Shown one piece after another: positions 1 through 8,038 of a stretch of DNA of 64,000 nt. The stretch spans positions 2,294,001-2,358,000 of the forward strand of contig CAKKNE010000004.1 of assembly GCA_918797485.1 (NCBI GenBank). Reading direction: 5' to 3'. Positions within the stretch are counted from its first letter, which is position 1, and each line of letters opens with the position of its first letter. The translations under genes were made by a program, and so were the position numbers. Below the pieces are notes generated by a model. That model ran no database searches. It was not told where the DNA came from and worked only from the letters and a program-made list of their open reading frames with translations. Origin of the DNA: Pelagomonas calceolata. Lineage: Eukaryota.

Positions 1-1458
1 TTCAGCTGCCGGTGGTTCCACTGCCGACGCTGGGGCTTCCGCGCCGGACGCCTCTTCGGCGGCGGGCGCCTCCGCGACGGCCGGCAGCGCCGCGTCGCCG
101 GGCCGCACGCGCGCCGCGAAGGCGTCGTCCGGCGTGGACGCGGGCACGACGACCGTGTCCCCGGGCGTCACCACGGGCGGCATGCCGGCGGCGCGCGTCT
201 TCTCCGCCGGCGGCGCGGGCGCGGGCACGGCCGGCGTCACGGCGGCCGCCGCCGGCGCGACGGCCGGCGTCGGCGCAGCTGCCGCGGCCGGCGCGACCGC
301 GGGCGTCGGCGCGGCCGGACGCACGACGACGGCCGGCGTCGGCGCGGGCGTCGACTCCCAGGGCCGCTCGCCGTCGTGCTCCGGCAGCACGACGCCCTCG
401 TCCTCATCGTCCTGCTGGTCGCCACCTTCGTCGTCCGAGGACTCGGCGAAGTAGCCCGCGGGCCGCTCGCGCCGCGGCGGCGGGGCGGCCGCGGGCGGCG
501 CGGGCGCGCGCGGCGGCGGCGGCAGGACGCCGCGGAGGACGAGCCGCGCCATCTCCTCTCTCAACCTCTCGTTCTCCGCGCGCAACCTATCTGTTTCCGT
601 CGACATCTGCTCGCCGACGACGACGGCCAGCGCGCCCAGGGCCTTGGACTGGGGCACCGGCCGGTCCGGGTCGGCCGGCGGCGGCGGCCTCGGTTGCGGT
701 TTTTGCGCCTCGGCCTTCTTCGCCGTGCGCAGCGCCAGGACCTGGCCCTCGAGCGCGCCGACTCGAGATAGCAACGCCGCGACGTCGTCCTGCTTCTGAA
801 GAGGCGGCTCCTGCTTCGGCTTCACGACTTTGTCCAGGGGCTTCGACGCGGGCCCGACGTTGCTCCGCAACACTTGCGCGACGCGGCCGCCGCCCGCCGC
901 CAGCACCGTCGAGTCCAACAAAGCGTCGTGGCGCTTCCGCAATGCATCTAAATCAGCTTGTAAACGTTGGGCCTTCGCGTCCTTGGCGCGCGCCAACTCG
1001 GCCGCCGCCGCGGCGTCGCCCCGCGTCCGCGTCGTGCGCTCGCGGACGCGAGAGGCTTCTGCTCTAGCAGAAGCCGCCCTAGCTTCCGCAGCGGCCCGGC
1101 CCGCGTCGGCGGCCACGGACCGCGCGCGCGCGTCCGCCATGCGGTTGCTCGCGTCTTTGAGTGCTGCCCTGAGCGCCTCGGCGTCCCGCAGCGCCGCGAT
1201 GGTCTCGTCGCGCTCGACCTCGACCTGCTTGCGCAGCCGCTCGTTGTCCCGCATCGCCGCGGCTGCCTCGCGCTCCAACCGATCGATCTTCTCCGCTTGC
1301 GAATGTTGGATGTCCTCGGGGGCCCATCGAAAGGCCGCCTCCTGGCGGTCGTTCTCGTCGCCCTTGACGGGGACAGCCTTGGGCACCTTGGCCTGCGACT
1401 CCGCGACGGCGCCATCGATGACGTCGGCCACGATTTCGCCGGTCGCTAGGTCCGCCAT
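1..1458 (-). CDS. Coiled-coil / Pro-Ala-rich protein of unknown function, 3'-partial (runs off the window)
   Basis: ATG at 1458 (MADLATGEIVADVIDG...). The frame reads open to position 1, so it is absent from the ORF track. Long E/R/A-rich helical stretch, then an acidic patch and APTPAV repeats. Confidence 0.75.
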   Translation of the reverse strand, partial: MADLATGEIVADVIDGAVAESQAKVPKAVPVKGDENDRQEAAFRWAPEDIQHSQAEKIDRLEREAAAAMRDNERLRKQVEVERDETIAALRDAEALRAALKDASNRMADARARSVAADAGRAAAEARAASARAEASRVRERTTRTRGDAAAAAELARAKDAKAQRLQADLDALRKRHDALLDSTVLAAGGGRVAQVLRSNVGPASKPLDKVVKPKQEPPLQKQDDVAALLSRVGALEGQVLALRTAKKAEAQKPQPRPPPPADPDRPVPQSKALGALAVVVGEQMSTETDRLRAENERLREEMARLVLRGVLPPPPRAPAPPAAAPPPRRERPAGYFAESSDDEGGDQQDDEDEGVVLPEHDGERPWESTPAPTPAVVVRPAAPTPAVAPAAAAAPTPAVAPAAAAVTPAVPAPAPPAEKTRAAGMPPVVTPGDTVVVPASTPDDAFAARVRPGDAALPAVAEAPAAEEASGAEAPASAVEPPAAE

Positions 1459-1640
1459 GGTCCTCGCTGCCTGTTGGGTTGCCCTCCAGCCCAGCGGCGA
1501 ACGGGCAGCCCTTCGCAAACGACACACCTTGAGCCCAACCGTGTCCTCTAGCGCTCGACTTGTCGCTGGATTTGTCCCAGCAGTCCGTTCACTGGCATGT
1601 AGTGCGTGGGGGACCGGCGGGTGAGGAGGCGCTGCGCTTG

Positions 1641-1662
1641 CTAGTGTCTTACAGGCCGCTAG
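1641..1662 (-). promoter_or_regulatory. CTAG-bracketed upstream motif copy
   Basis: CTAGTGTCTTACAGGCCGCTAG, between two divergent genes. Confidence 0.7.
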
Positions 1663-1870
1663 ATAGCTCCAAATAATGCTCAGTCCGCGCGGGCCAAACA
1701 CTAGGCGCATTCATTCGGACAGGAGACGCATTCACCCGAGGAGGACGCGCTTTGACGAGTTCCTCCCCGGCCGGCCTCACGCGGACTCAGCCGGACCGGA
1801 GGCGCGCCACACAAGTGCGCAGCTCAGCAGCACTCTTCCGGCGCCCGCACCAGCGGCCGACGCGACAGCC

Positions 1871-2158
1871 ATGTCGGCCCGCGAGCGCCTCGCGGCCCAG
1901 GACGCGCAGCTCGAGCGCCTCGGCGCCGGCGTCGACCGCATCCGGAACCTCGGCGAGACGATGCATGACGAGACCCGCCAACAACTGGGCTTGCTGGATC
2001 AGTTGGAGGGCGACGTCGACAAGACGACGTCCGGCATCCGCGAGGAAACGAAGCACGCGGAAGACGTCGCCGTGAGCGGCCAGACCTTCTACATGTACGT
2101 CTGCATCGCGATCCTGATCCTGGTCATGGTCCTCGAGCTCATCATCGGCCTGCAGTAG
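1871..2158 (+). CDS. Small Qc-type SNARE (syntaxin-8/6/Bet1-like)
   Basis: QDAQLERL...MHDETRQQLGLLDQLEGDVD SNARE heptads followed by a C-terminal TM helix; ATG at 1871. Confidence 0.85.
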   Translation: MSARERLAAQDAQLERLGAGVDRIRNLGETMHDETRQQLGLLDQLEGDVDKTTSGIREETKHAEDVAVSGQTFYMYVCIAILILVMVLELIIGLQ

Positions 2159-2193
2159 GTAGTAGGCCACCCCTGTTCGTTAAATCTTGATAG

Positions 2194-2532
2194 TTACGTT
2201 AGTCTTGTTCGCCAGAAGTGTTTCGAGGGGCCGTTGAAGTGCAAAAGGCACGCCGTCGAGCCGCCGGCGAGGAGCGAGTCCTCCGGGGCGTCCTTACGGC
2301 GCGCCGACGGCGTTAAGCGAAACGCGTTCGTCACAAGCTCGGCGCAGTAGTCGAGCGTGAGGCGTGACTCTCCCGCGACGCCGCGCGTGAAGTAGGTCGT
2401 GAACTTGCCTTGGTCGGTGCGGCCCGACGTTTTTTGTGAGGTCAACGCGGTCTGCGTCATGCGCAAGAGGTCCGCGACCCGGCCGCCAAAGACGCCGGTG
2501 TTCGCGTAGCGTAGGCGCGGCGGATCTGCGCA
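2194..2532 (-). pseudogene. 5'-truncated PLOD/procollagen-galactosyltransferase-like GT fragment
   Basis: Frame reads RYANTGVFGGRVADLL...DQGKFT...LTLD...LHFNGPSK, resembling PLOD GT-domain motifs. An in-frame TAA lies immediately upstream and there is no room for the N-terminal half before the next gene. Confidence 0.55.
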
Positions 2533-2577
2533 TTATCCTCTAAGCCGACAGAGTTTAGTGCACTAGTGAGCCCCGAG

Positions 2578-2599
2578 CTAGCGGCATGTAAGGCACTAG
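2578..2599 (+). promoter_or_regulatory. CTAG-bracketed upstream motif copy
   Basis: CTAGCGGCATGTAAGGCACTAG followed by CAAG. Confidence 0.7.
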
Positions 2600-2734
2600 C
2601 AAGCTTCCTCCTTTGAATGGCAAGTCCTGCCCAAACGCTGCGCACGGCCTGCGATACGTTTCGGTCCGATCTCTATTCTTCTCCACTCGGCGACTCCACC
2701 TCTTTGGTTGCAACCGGTGCAGCAGTGCGGCAGC

Positions 2735-3574
2735 ATGGACTCCTTGCTAAGTGGCAGCCTAGCCGGCATCGTCGCGGACGTCGCCACGCACCCGCTCGGC
2801 ACGGTGAAGACAAGGCTCCAGGTGCAGGGCGCCTCGGCATCATCGCTCACGCGCTACGGCGGCGTCGCGCAGGGCCTGACGCGAATCTTAACAAAAGAAG
2901 GCGTCGGCGCGCTCTACAAGGGCGTCGGCGTCGTCGTGGCGACCGCGGCACCAGCCCAGGGCCTGTTCTTCCTGGGGAACGACACGGCGCGCGAGGCGCT
3001 GCGGCCGCACCTGCCCGCGGCGGCCGCCAGTTTCGCGGCTGGCTGCGTCGCGCAGCTCTGCGGGTCCTTGTGCTGGGTGCCGATGGATACGGTGAAGGAA
3101 CGGCTGCAAGTAGAAGGGCAGCTCAAGCGCGGGTCCAAGGCCGAGCTCGGCGGCTCCTGGAACGCGGTCCGAACGATCCTGCGGCGGGAAGGGTTGCGGG
3201 GATTCTACCCGGCGTATTGGGTCCACCAGGCGACCTGGGCCCCGTTTAACGGCCTGTTCTTCGCCATCTACGAGGCATGCAAGGACGCCGGTGTCCACGG
3301 CCTGGGCAGCGGCGTGGTCGCTGGCGTTGCGGCGGGCTTTTTAACAAACCCGATGGACCTGGTGAAGACGCGGCTGCAGGTGGCCCGAACCGACCCCAGT
3401 ACGTTTGCCTACGCCGGCGCGTTCGACTGCGTGGGGCAGATCCTGCGCCGGGAAGGGCCCCGCGCGTTCCTCGACGGGGCGATCGCGCGCTGCGCGACCG
3501 TCGCCCCCAGATTGACGATCTGCGTCCTCGTGAAGGACGCGATCGCGCCGGGCGTCAAGGAGGTGCTCGGCTAG
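2735..3574 (+). CDS. Mitochondrial carrier (SLC25 family)
   Basis: Three Px[D/E]xx[K/R]xR-type signatures (PLGTVKTRLQ, PMDTVKERLQ, PMDLVKTRLQ) with EGxxxLYKG/FY segments. Confidence 0.95.
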   Translation: MDSLLSGSLAGIVADVATHPLGTVKTRLQVQGASASSLTRYGGVAQGLTRILTKEGVGALYKGVGVVVATAAPAQGLFFLGNDTAREALRPHLPAAAASFAAGCVAQLCGSLCWVPMDTVKERLQVEGQLKRGSKAELGGSWNAVRTILRREGLRGFYPAYWVHQATWAPFNGLFFAIYEACKDAGVHGLGSGVVAGVAAGFLTNPMDLVKTRLQVARTDPSTFAYAGAFDCVGQILRREGPRAFLDGAIARCATVAPRLTICVLVKDAIAPGVKEVLG

Positions 3575-3641
3575 TTTTGTTGTTTATAAGTATATACACG
3601 TGTACTTGGGGCGGGGGGGTCGCGATCGCGCGCGGGGCCTA

Positions 3642-4018
3642 CTACTTCGGGATCGAGCGCGTCGGGATGTAGTAGAACCACAAGTACGCAATGACCGCCG
3701 GGTAGACCACGAAGAAGATGCCGAGGCGCAGCGCGACGAGGCAGTTGCACGGCTCGGGCGTCGGCTTCGTCTCGGGCGTGACCGGCTCCGGCGCCTTCGA
3801 GAAGTAGCCCGTCAGGCGCTTGAAGGGGCTCGCCCCCGTCGCTTCCTTGCCGCAGGAGCCGGGCACGCGCCCGAAGGGGCTCGCCTCCGTCGCGTCCGTG
3901 GCGGACGGCGTGGGCGTGGCGCTCAGGCCGCCCTCCTCGATGCGGCGCGCTATTTCATCCTTTTTTATCGTGAGATATCTAGCCCTGGGTTTTCCAATGT
4001 CGGCGGTCGGAGGCGTTT
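3642..4018 (-). CDS. Small C-terminally membrane-anchored hypothetical protein (start unresolved)
   Basis: Open frame ...DEIARRIEEGG...LGIFFVVYPAVIAYLWFYY. No in-frame ATG before an upstream stop, so it needs an intron or is a remnant. Confidence 0.4.
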
Positions 4019-4267
4019 CTTACGGCTTCAGAGAAGTATTATCCCAGGCAGACGGGCGCTTTGAGATGCGGACAGACGCAAGCTCGCGCCGCGGGCGTGG
4101 TTTCTACGAGGTACGGTATGGTGGTACCGTAGGTACCTTATATGGTATACCTGGTATACCTTGCCATTATTATTGGCATTACCGCAGTAACCTCGCCGGG
4201 ATAAACTAGATTATCACTCTGGTCGGCACGCGGCAGACACGGTACTAGCGAATAAAACTTACAAAAA

Positions 4268-6277
4268 TTAAGACGTCTCCACCGCCTGCCCCCGTCGCTT
4301 CCGCGCCAGCAGCATGCGGAACTTCGGTCTAATGACTTTCGCCGCGACCTGCCTTACCAATAGATCGTAGGACCGCTTCGCCGCCGCGGTCGCCGCCGTC
4401 CGGAATATAGCATACTCCTCCACAATATGCAGGAGGTCCGCGAGGGGCACGAAGTAGACCTGGGAGTGGCTCTTCGCGCTGCACCCGTAGAGCCACACCT
4501 TGGCCGACGTATGGAGGCAGCAGTCGTCTCCAATCGCGTCGTTGTTCCCGCAGAACACTAATAACTTCGGCCAGGGCGTCGCGCGCTGGAAGGTGAACAA
4601 CCGACCGTCCGCCACCACCCGCAGCCCGTCCGCGGGCGCGCCTTGATCAAAAACGTGGTCGCCGGGGCCGTGGAGCTCATCCCTCATACAGCGCGCCACC
4701 GCTAACAAGGCCATGGTCTTCTTGGCCGGGGCGAACGTACGACATCTCCCCAAAACCTGGACGCGCGCCGCCGCCTCGACGTGCGTCCTCAAGCGCGGCG
4801 GTAGCTTCGCCAACAACCCCGTGTACTTGGCCGTCAGTAATCGATTATGCATGAAGATTAAATGAGCTCGTGCCTTCGTTCGAGCCTCCTGGGGCACGGC
4901 GTGGCGCTCCAAGTACCTATCAAGCACCTTGAGCTGGGCCTTCTTGTCGGGGTCGTCAGAACTGATCTCTTCCATGACGGCCTTGACCTGGCCGATGATG
5001 ATCGCGATAAAAGCAATGGCCACGATCTTCACCCCAATCAGAAAGACGGACTGCAGGAGGTTCGGCCTCGCGGTTGGATGGAACAAAAACGCCGAGGCTC
5101 GCTCCAGCACGGCCCAGTGCAGCGCGAACAGGATCTGCCGCCCGACGGACGCGTCCTTGAGCGCTTCGGGCGGGGCGAAGCGCCGGTGCATCGCGACACT
5201 ACCACCCCAGTCGTTCTCCGTCCTACTGGCGACGCCCCAGAATGCGCACCCAATGAAGTGCATGGCAAGAAAATAAATAAAAACAATAGAAAGCATCTTC
5301 GAGGTCCCAGGGGTCAACCACCCTAAGTCAATCGTCTCGTCGACGACGTCCCTGACCCTTAACATCTTGAGCATGCGGAACACTTTACAAATCTTCAGCA
5401 TCTGGATGAACTTGCAGATCTTCGCAATGCATAGTTGGTCGTCCCCAAACAATACAGACAAAGTATCCAAAGGTATCGAGGCAATAAAGTCGACCCAGAA
5501 CCACCCTCTCAGGTAGTTCAGCGCGATCAGCCTCAAGTCCATGACTACTTCTGCTCCTCTTCTATATCCAGTCACAAAGCCCAGTCCCAAGTCCACCACA
5601 AAGCATAATTCTACAACGACGTTGATCGACTTGAGTGATCCAGGAACCTTCCTGTTGGAGTAAAAAGCCATCTCGATCGGAGCGACGACCATGGTGTAGC
5701 AAACCAGCAAAAAAATAATCGTCGTCCAGGCCGCGTGCTCCTTCGATTGCGGATCAAACACCCATTCGCTCGAGGTGTTGTACTCCTCCTGCTTGGCCGT
5801 CATTTCCAGGATCGCTTGGCTCGCGTTCTCGCCGTGCATGATCGACGTCGGTTGCACTTTGACTCTTCGACGTTTCTTCTTTTTGCAGCACCAGCTTTCG
5901 AAGTCGTGGCGGTGTCTATCCAACGTTTTTAGTGCCGAGTGCACGGCGGGGCTTCTACCCTCTTCATGAGCGTCTGCCACGAGCCGTAATTTGGACTGGA
6001 AGTTCAGAGACCGCGAGAGGTGCCGGTGCGACTTATTGGCCGACGCCTGCTGCTGCCAAGACGCCATGCGCTCGCGTCGCGTCTGTGGCGTCGGCGGTTC
6101 ACTCATTGTTGTCTGTGGCGTGGCCGGGACGTCCGAGCCCTGCGTTTTCCGCTTCGCTTCATTTAACCGCTGCCGCTGCGCGGGCGTCAGGCTGCCACAG
6201 CTTTCCAAAGCTCGCACGGAGGCGGCGAAGCTCGCGGCGGCCGCCTCGACCAAGGCTAGCGACGCGTCGACGTCCAT
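4268..6277 (-). CDS. Voltage-gated, cyclic-nucleotide-binding-domain cation channel (KCNH/CNG/HCN-like) with atypical pore
   Basis: FDP..W, DLGLGFVTGY, NYLRGWFWVDFIASIPLD, K/R-periodic S4, HFIGCAFW, C-linker and CNBD (PGDHVFDQG...GRL). Confidence 0.88.
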   Translation of the reverse strand: MDVDASLALVEAAAASFAASVRALESCGSLTPAQRQRLNEAKRKTQGSDVPATPQTTMSEPPTPQTRRERMASWQQQASANKSHRHLSRSLNFQSKLRLVADAHEEGRSPAVHSALKTLDRHRHDFESWCCKKKKRRRVKVQPTSIMHGENASQAILEMTAKQEEYNTSSEWVFDPQSKEHAAWTTIIFLLVCYTMVVAPIEMAFYSNRKVPGSLKSINVVVELCFVVDLGLGFVTGYRRGAEVVMDLRLIALNYLRGWFWVDFIASIPLDTLSVLFGDDQLCIAKICKFIQMLKICKVFRMLKMLRVRDVVDETIDLGWLTPGTSKMLSIVFIYFLAMHFIGCAFWGVASRTENDWGGSVAMHRRFAPPEALKDASVGRQILFALHWAVLERASAFLFHPTARPNLLQSVFLIGVKIVAIAFIAIIIGQVKAVMEEISSDDPDKKAQLKVLDRYLERHAVPQEARTKARAHLIFMHNRLLTAKYTGLLAKLPPRLRTHVEAAARVQVLGRCRTFAPAKKTMALLAVARCMRDELHGPGDHVFDQGAPADGLRVVADGRLFTFQRATPWPKLLVFCGNNDAIGDDCCLHTSAKVWLYGCSAKSHSQVYFVPLADLLHIVEEYAIFRTAATAAAKRSYDLLVRQVAAKVIRPKFRMLLARKRRGQAVETS

Positions 6278-6378
6278 CCTGGGCTGCCCTCCTGGCTGCC
6301 CCTAGGCTGCTGGCAACCTCTGCGCAGTGCACGCGGCGCTGACGTGCGCGTAACGCCGAGCTCGTCGAACAAAAATTG

Positions 6379-6400
6379 CTAGTATGTTACCGGCCGCTAG
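6379..6400 (-). promoter_or_regulatory. CTAG-bracketed upstream motif copy
   Basis: CTAGTATGTTACCGGCCGCTAG, between divergent genes. Confidence 0.65.
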
Positions 6401-6503
6401 CGTGGCGCGACGCGCAAAAAAACGCCGTGCGCGGCGCGGAAGCGCTCGAAAAATTAGCGGGGCAGCCTCCGGCTGCACCCTTCGCAGCCATGCGCCGGAA
6501 CCG

Positions 6504-7655
6504 ATGATGAATAGAGGCATAGCATGGGCCCTGCTGGCCGCCGCCGCCCGCGCCGCGTCGACGACGCAGCCCGTGGACCTCTTCTTCGCCATCGACGCGC
6601 CCTACTACCTGGCCATGGTGGCCTGCGCCATGCGGGCGGCGTACGAGCGCACGAACGCAAGTTACCGCTTCTTCGTCCTCCACCGCCATCCATTAACCTC
6701 GAAGCAGATCTGCGCCGCGTCGAAACTCGCGCTCGGGTCGCACTTCGAGGGCTGTTCAACCTTCACGCATGAGCGGGAAGAGACGTCTTGTGAAATAGGC
6801 AAAAAAAACCTCGCCACGGTCAACACCATCGAACTGGTGAAATCGCCGCGCGTGCTCGACGAGATCTACCGGCTTACCGAACTAGATTTCAAGTCGCGGA
6901 AACATGGAGACTGCACGAACCGCGGGGATCTGGTGAACCTGTTTAATCTCGCGCCGGACGCCATCGACCAGTTCCTGTTGCCGCTAGGCGTGACGCGAGC
7001 GGTCTACCTGGACGCGGACGCCTGGCCGGATTCGGATTTTGGGAAGTTTTACGACGCAGCGTCAGAAAAATATACGGCGGTCGCGTTGGCGCGGCGGCGG
7101 AAGCGCTGTGTCCAAGCGGGCGCGACGAAGTGGGAGCGCAAGATGGGGTTAAGTGGCGCGAACTGGAGCGAGGGCTTCCGCCAGGACCTGCCTTATGTTT
7201 ATGAACGATTAGGTAAAACTCTGTACGACCTGGATCAGCGACGGTGGCGCGCCGACTGCTTCCACGTGCCCTCATTAAAACGGTACTGCGAGCTTGGTGT
7301 GGCGGACAGAGTCGTCGACGCGCTGAAGCGCCAGACGCGGGGCGACGGCTCGAAATTGTGGACCTGCGGCCTCCAGCAGCCTCCCTTGTTACTCGCGCTC
7401 GCGAACCGGACGGCGATCCTGCGGCGCGACGATCTGGAGATAGTCGACCCCGCGAAGGGCATCGAGGCCTGCGCCGAGCGGAACCCGAAAATTTCGGTGC
7501 ATTCCGAGAACAAGAACAGCCTGCGGACGCGCGCGATGCGAAGGGAGGGAGGCGACCGCGACGCGGCGCTGGGGGCGCTCCTGAAGCGCCTCGAAAGCGG
7601 CGACGCGGAGGCGTGCGGCGCGCGGCCGTGGCGCGAGAAGAAGGGCTCTGAGTAA
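6504..7655 (+). CDS. Secreted/Golgi glycosyltransferase, GT8-like
   Basis: Signal peptide (MMNRGIAWALLAAAARA), LFFAIDAPY, DxD motif RAVYLDAD, QPPLLL. Confidence 0.6.
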   Translation: MMNRGIAWALLAAAARAASTTQPVDLFFAIDAPYYLAMVACAMRAAYERTNASYRFFVLHRHPLTSKQICAASKLALGSHFEGCSTFTHEREETSCEIGKKNLATVNTIELVKSPRVLDEIYRLTELDFKSRKHGDCTNRGDLVNLFNLAPDAIDQFLLPLGVTRAVYLDADAWPDSDFGKFYDAASEKYTAVALARRRKRCVQAGATKWERKMGLSGANWSEGFRQDLPYVYERLGKTLYDLDQRRWRADCFHVPSLKRYCELGVADRVVDALKRQTRGDGSKLWTCGLQQPPLLLALANRTAILRRDDLEIVDPAKGIEACAERNPKISVHSENKNSLRTRAMRREGGDRDAALGALLKRLESGDAEACGARPWREKKGSE

Positions 7656-7807
7656 TGTGTGCGGTTGTGTAGTGCGATGCGGTCAAACGCGAGCGGCCGC
7701 GGCGCGCGTAAACCTCTCGTATCCGCACGGGGGGGCGTGCTTATGGCGTTTGCGATGGCTTTGCATCGCGAAGACGACTGTAAAGAGATATCGCGCGAAT
7801 TACCTCG

Positions 7808-7829
7808 CTAGTGTCTTACCGAGCGCTAG
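7808..7829 (-). promoter_or_regulatory. CTAG-bracketed upstream motif copy
   Basis: CTAGTGTCTTACCGAGCGCTAG, about 210 bp upstream of ATG 8039. Confidence 0.7.
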
Positions 7830-8038
7830 CTCGGCTGTGACTTGTGGCGGCGGGGCTTTTAGAGGCCGTGCGCTGCCCGATAACGCCAACCAGTCTTTGT
7901 GCGAAGCACTCCCCGGCTGTGAACGAGCCCTCGTCGAGCGCTGAGGCCACACCGACGGCCTAAAGGGGAAGTGCACTAGTGCATTGCAATCGTCGCCGCG
8001 CGCGCGCACGCGACCGCAGCGATAGTGAAGCCGCAGTG

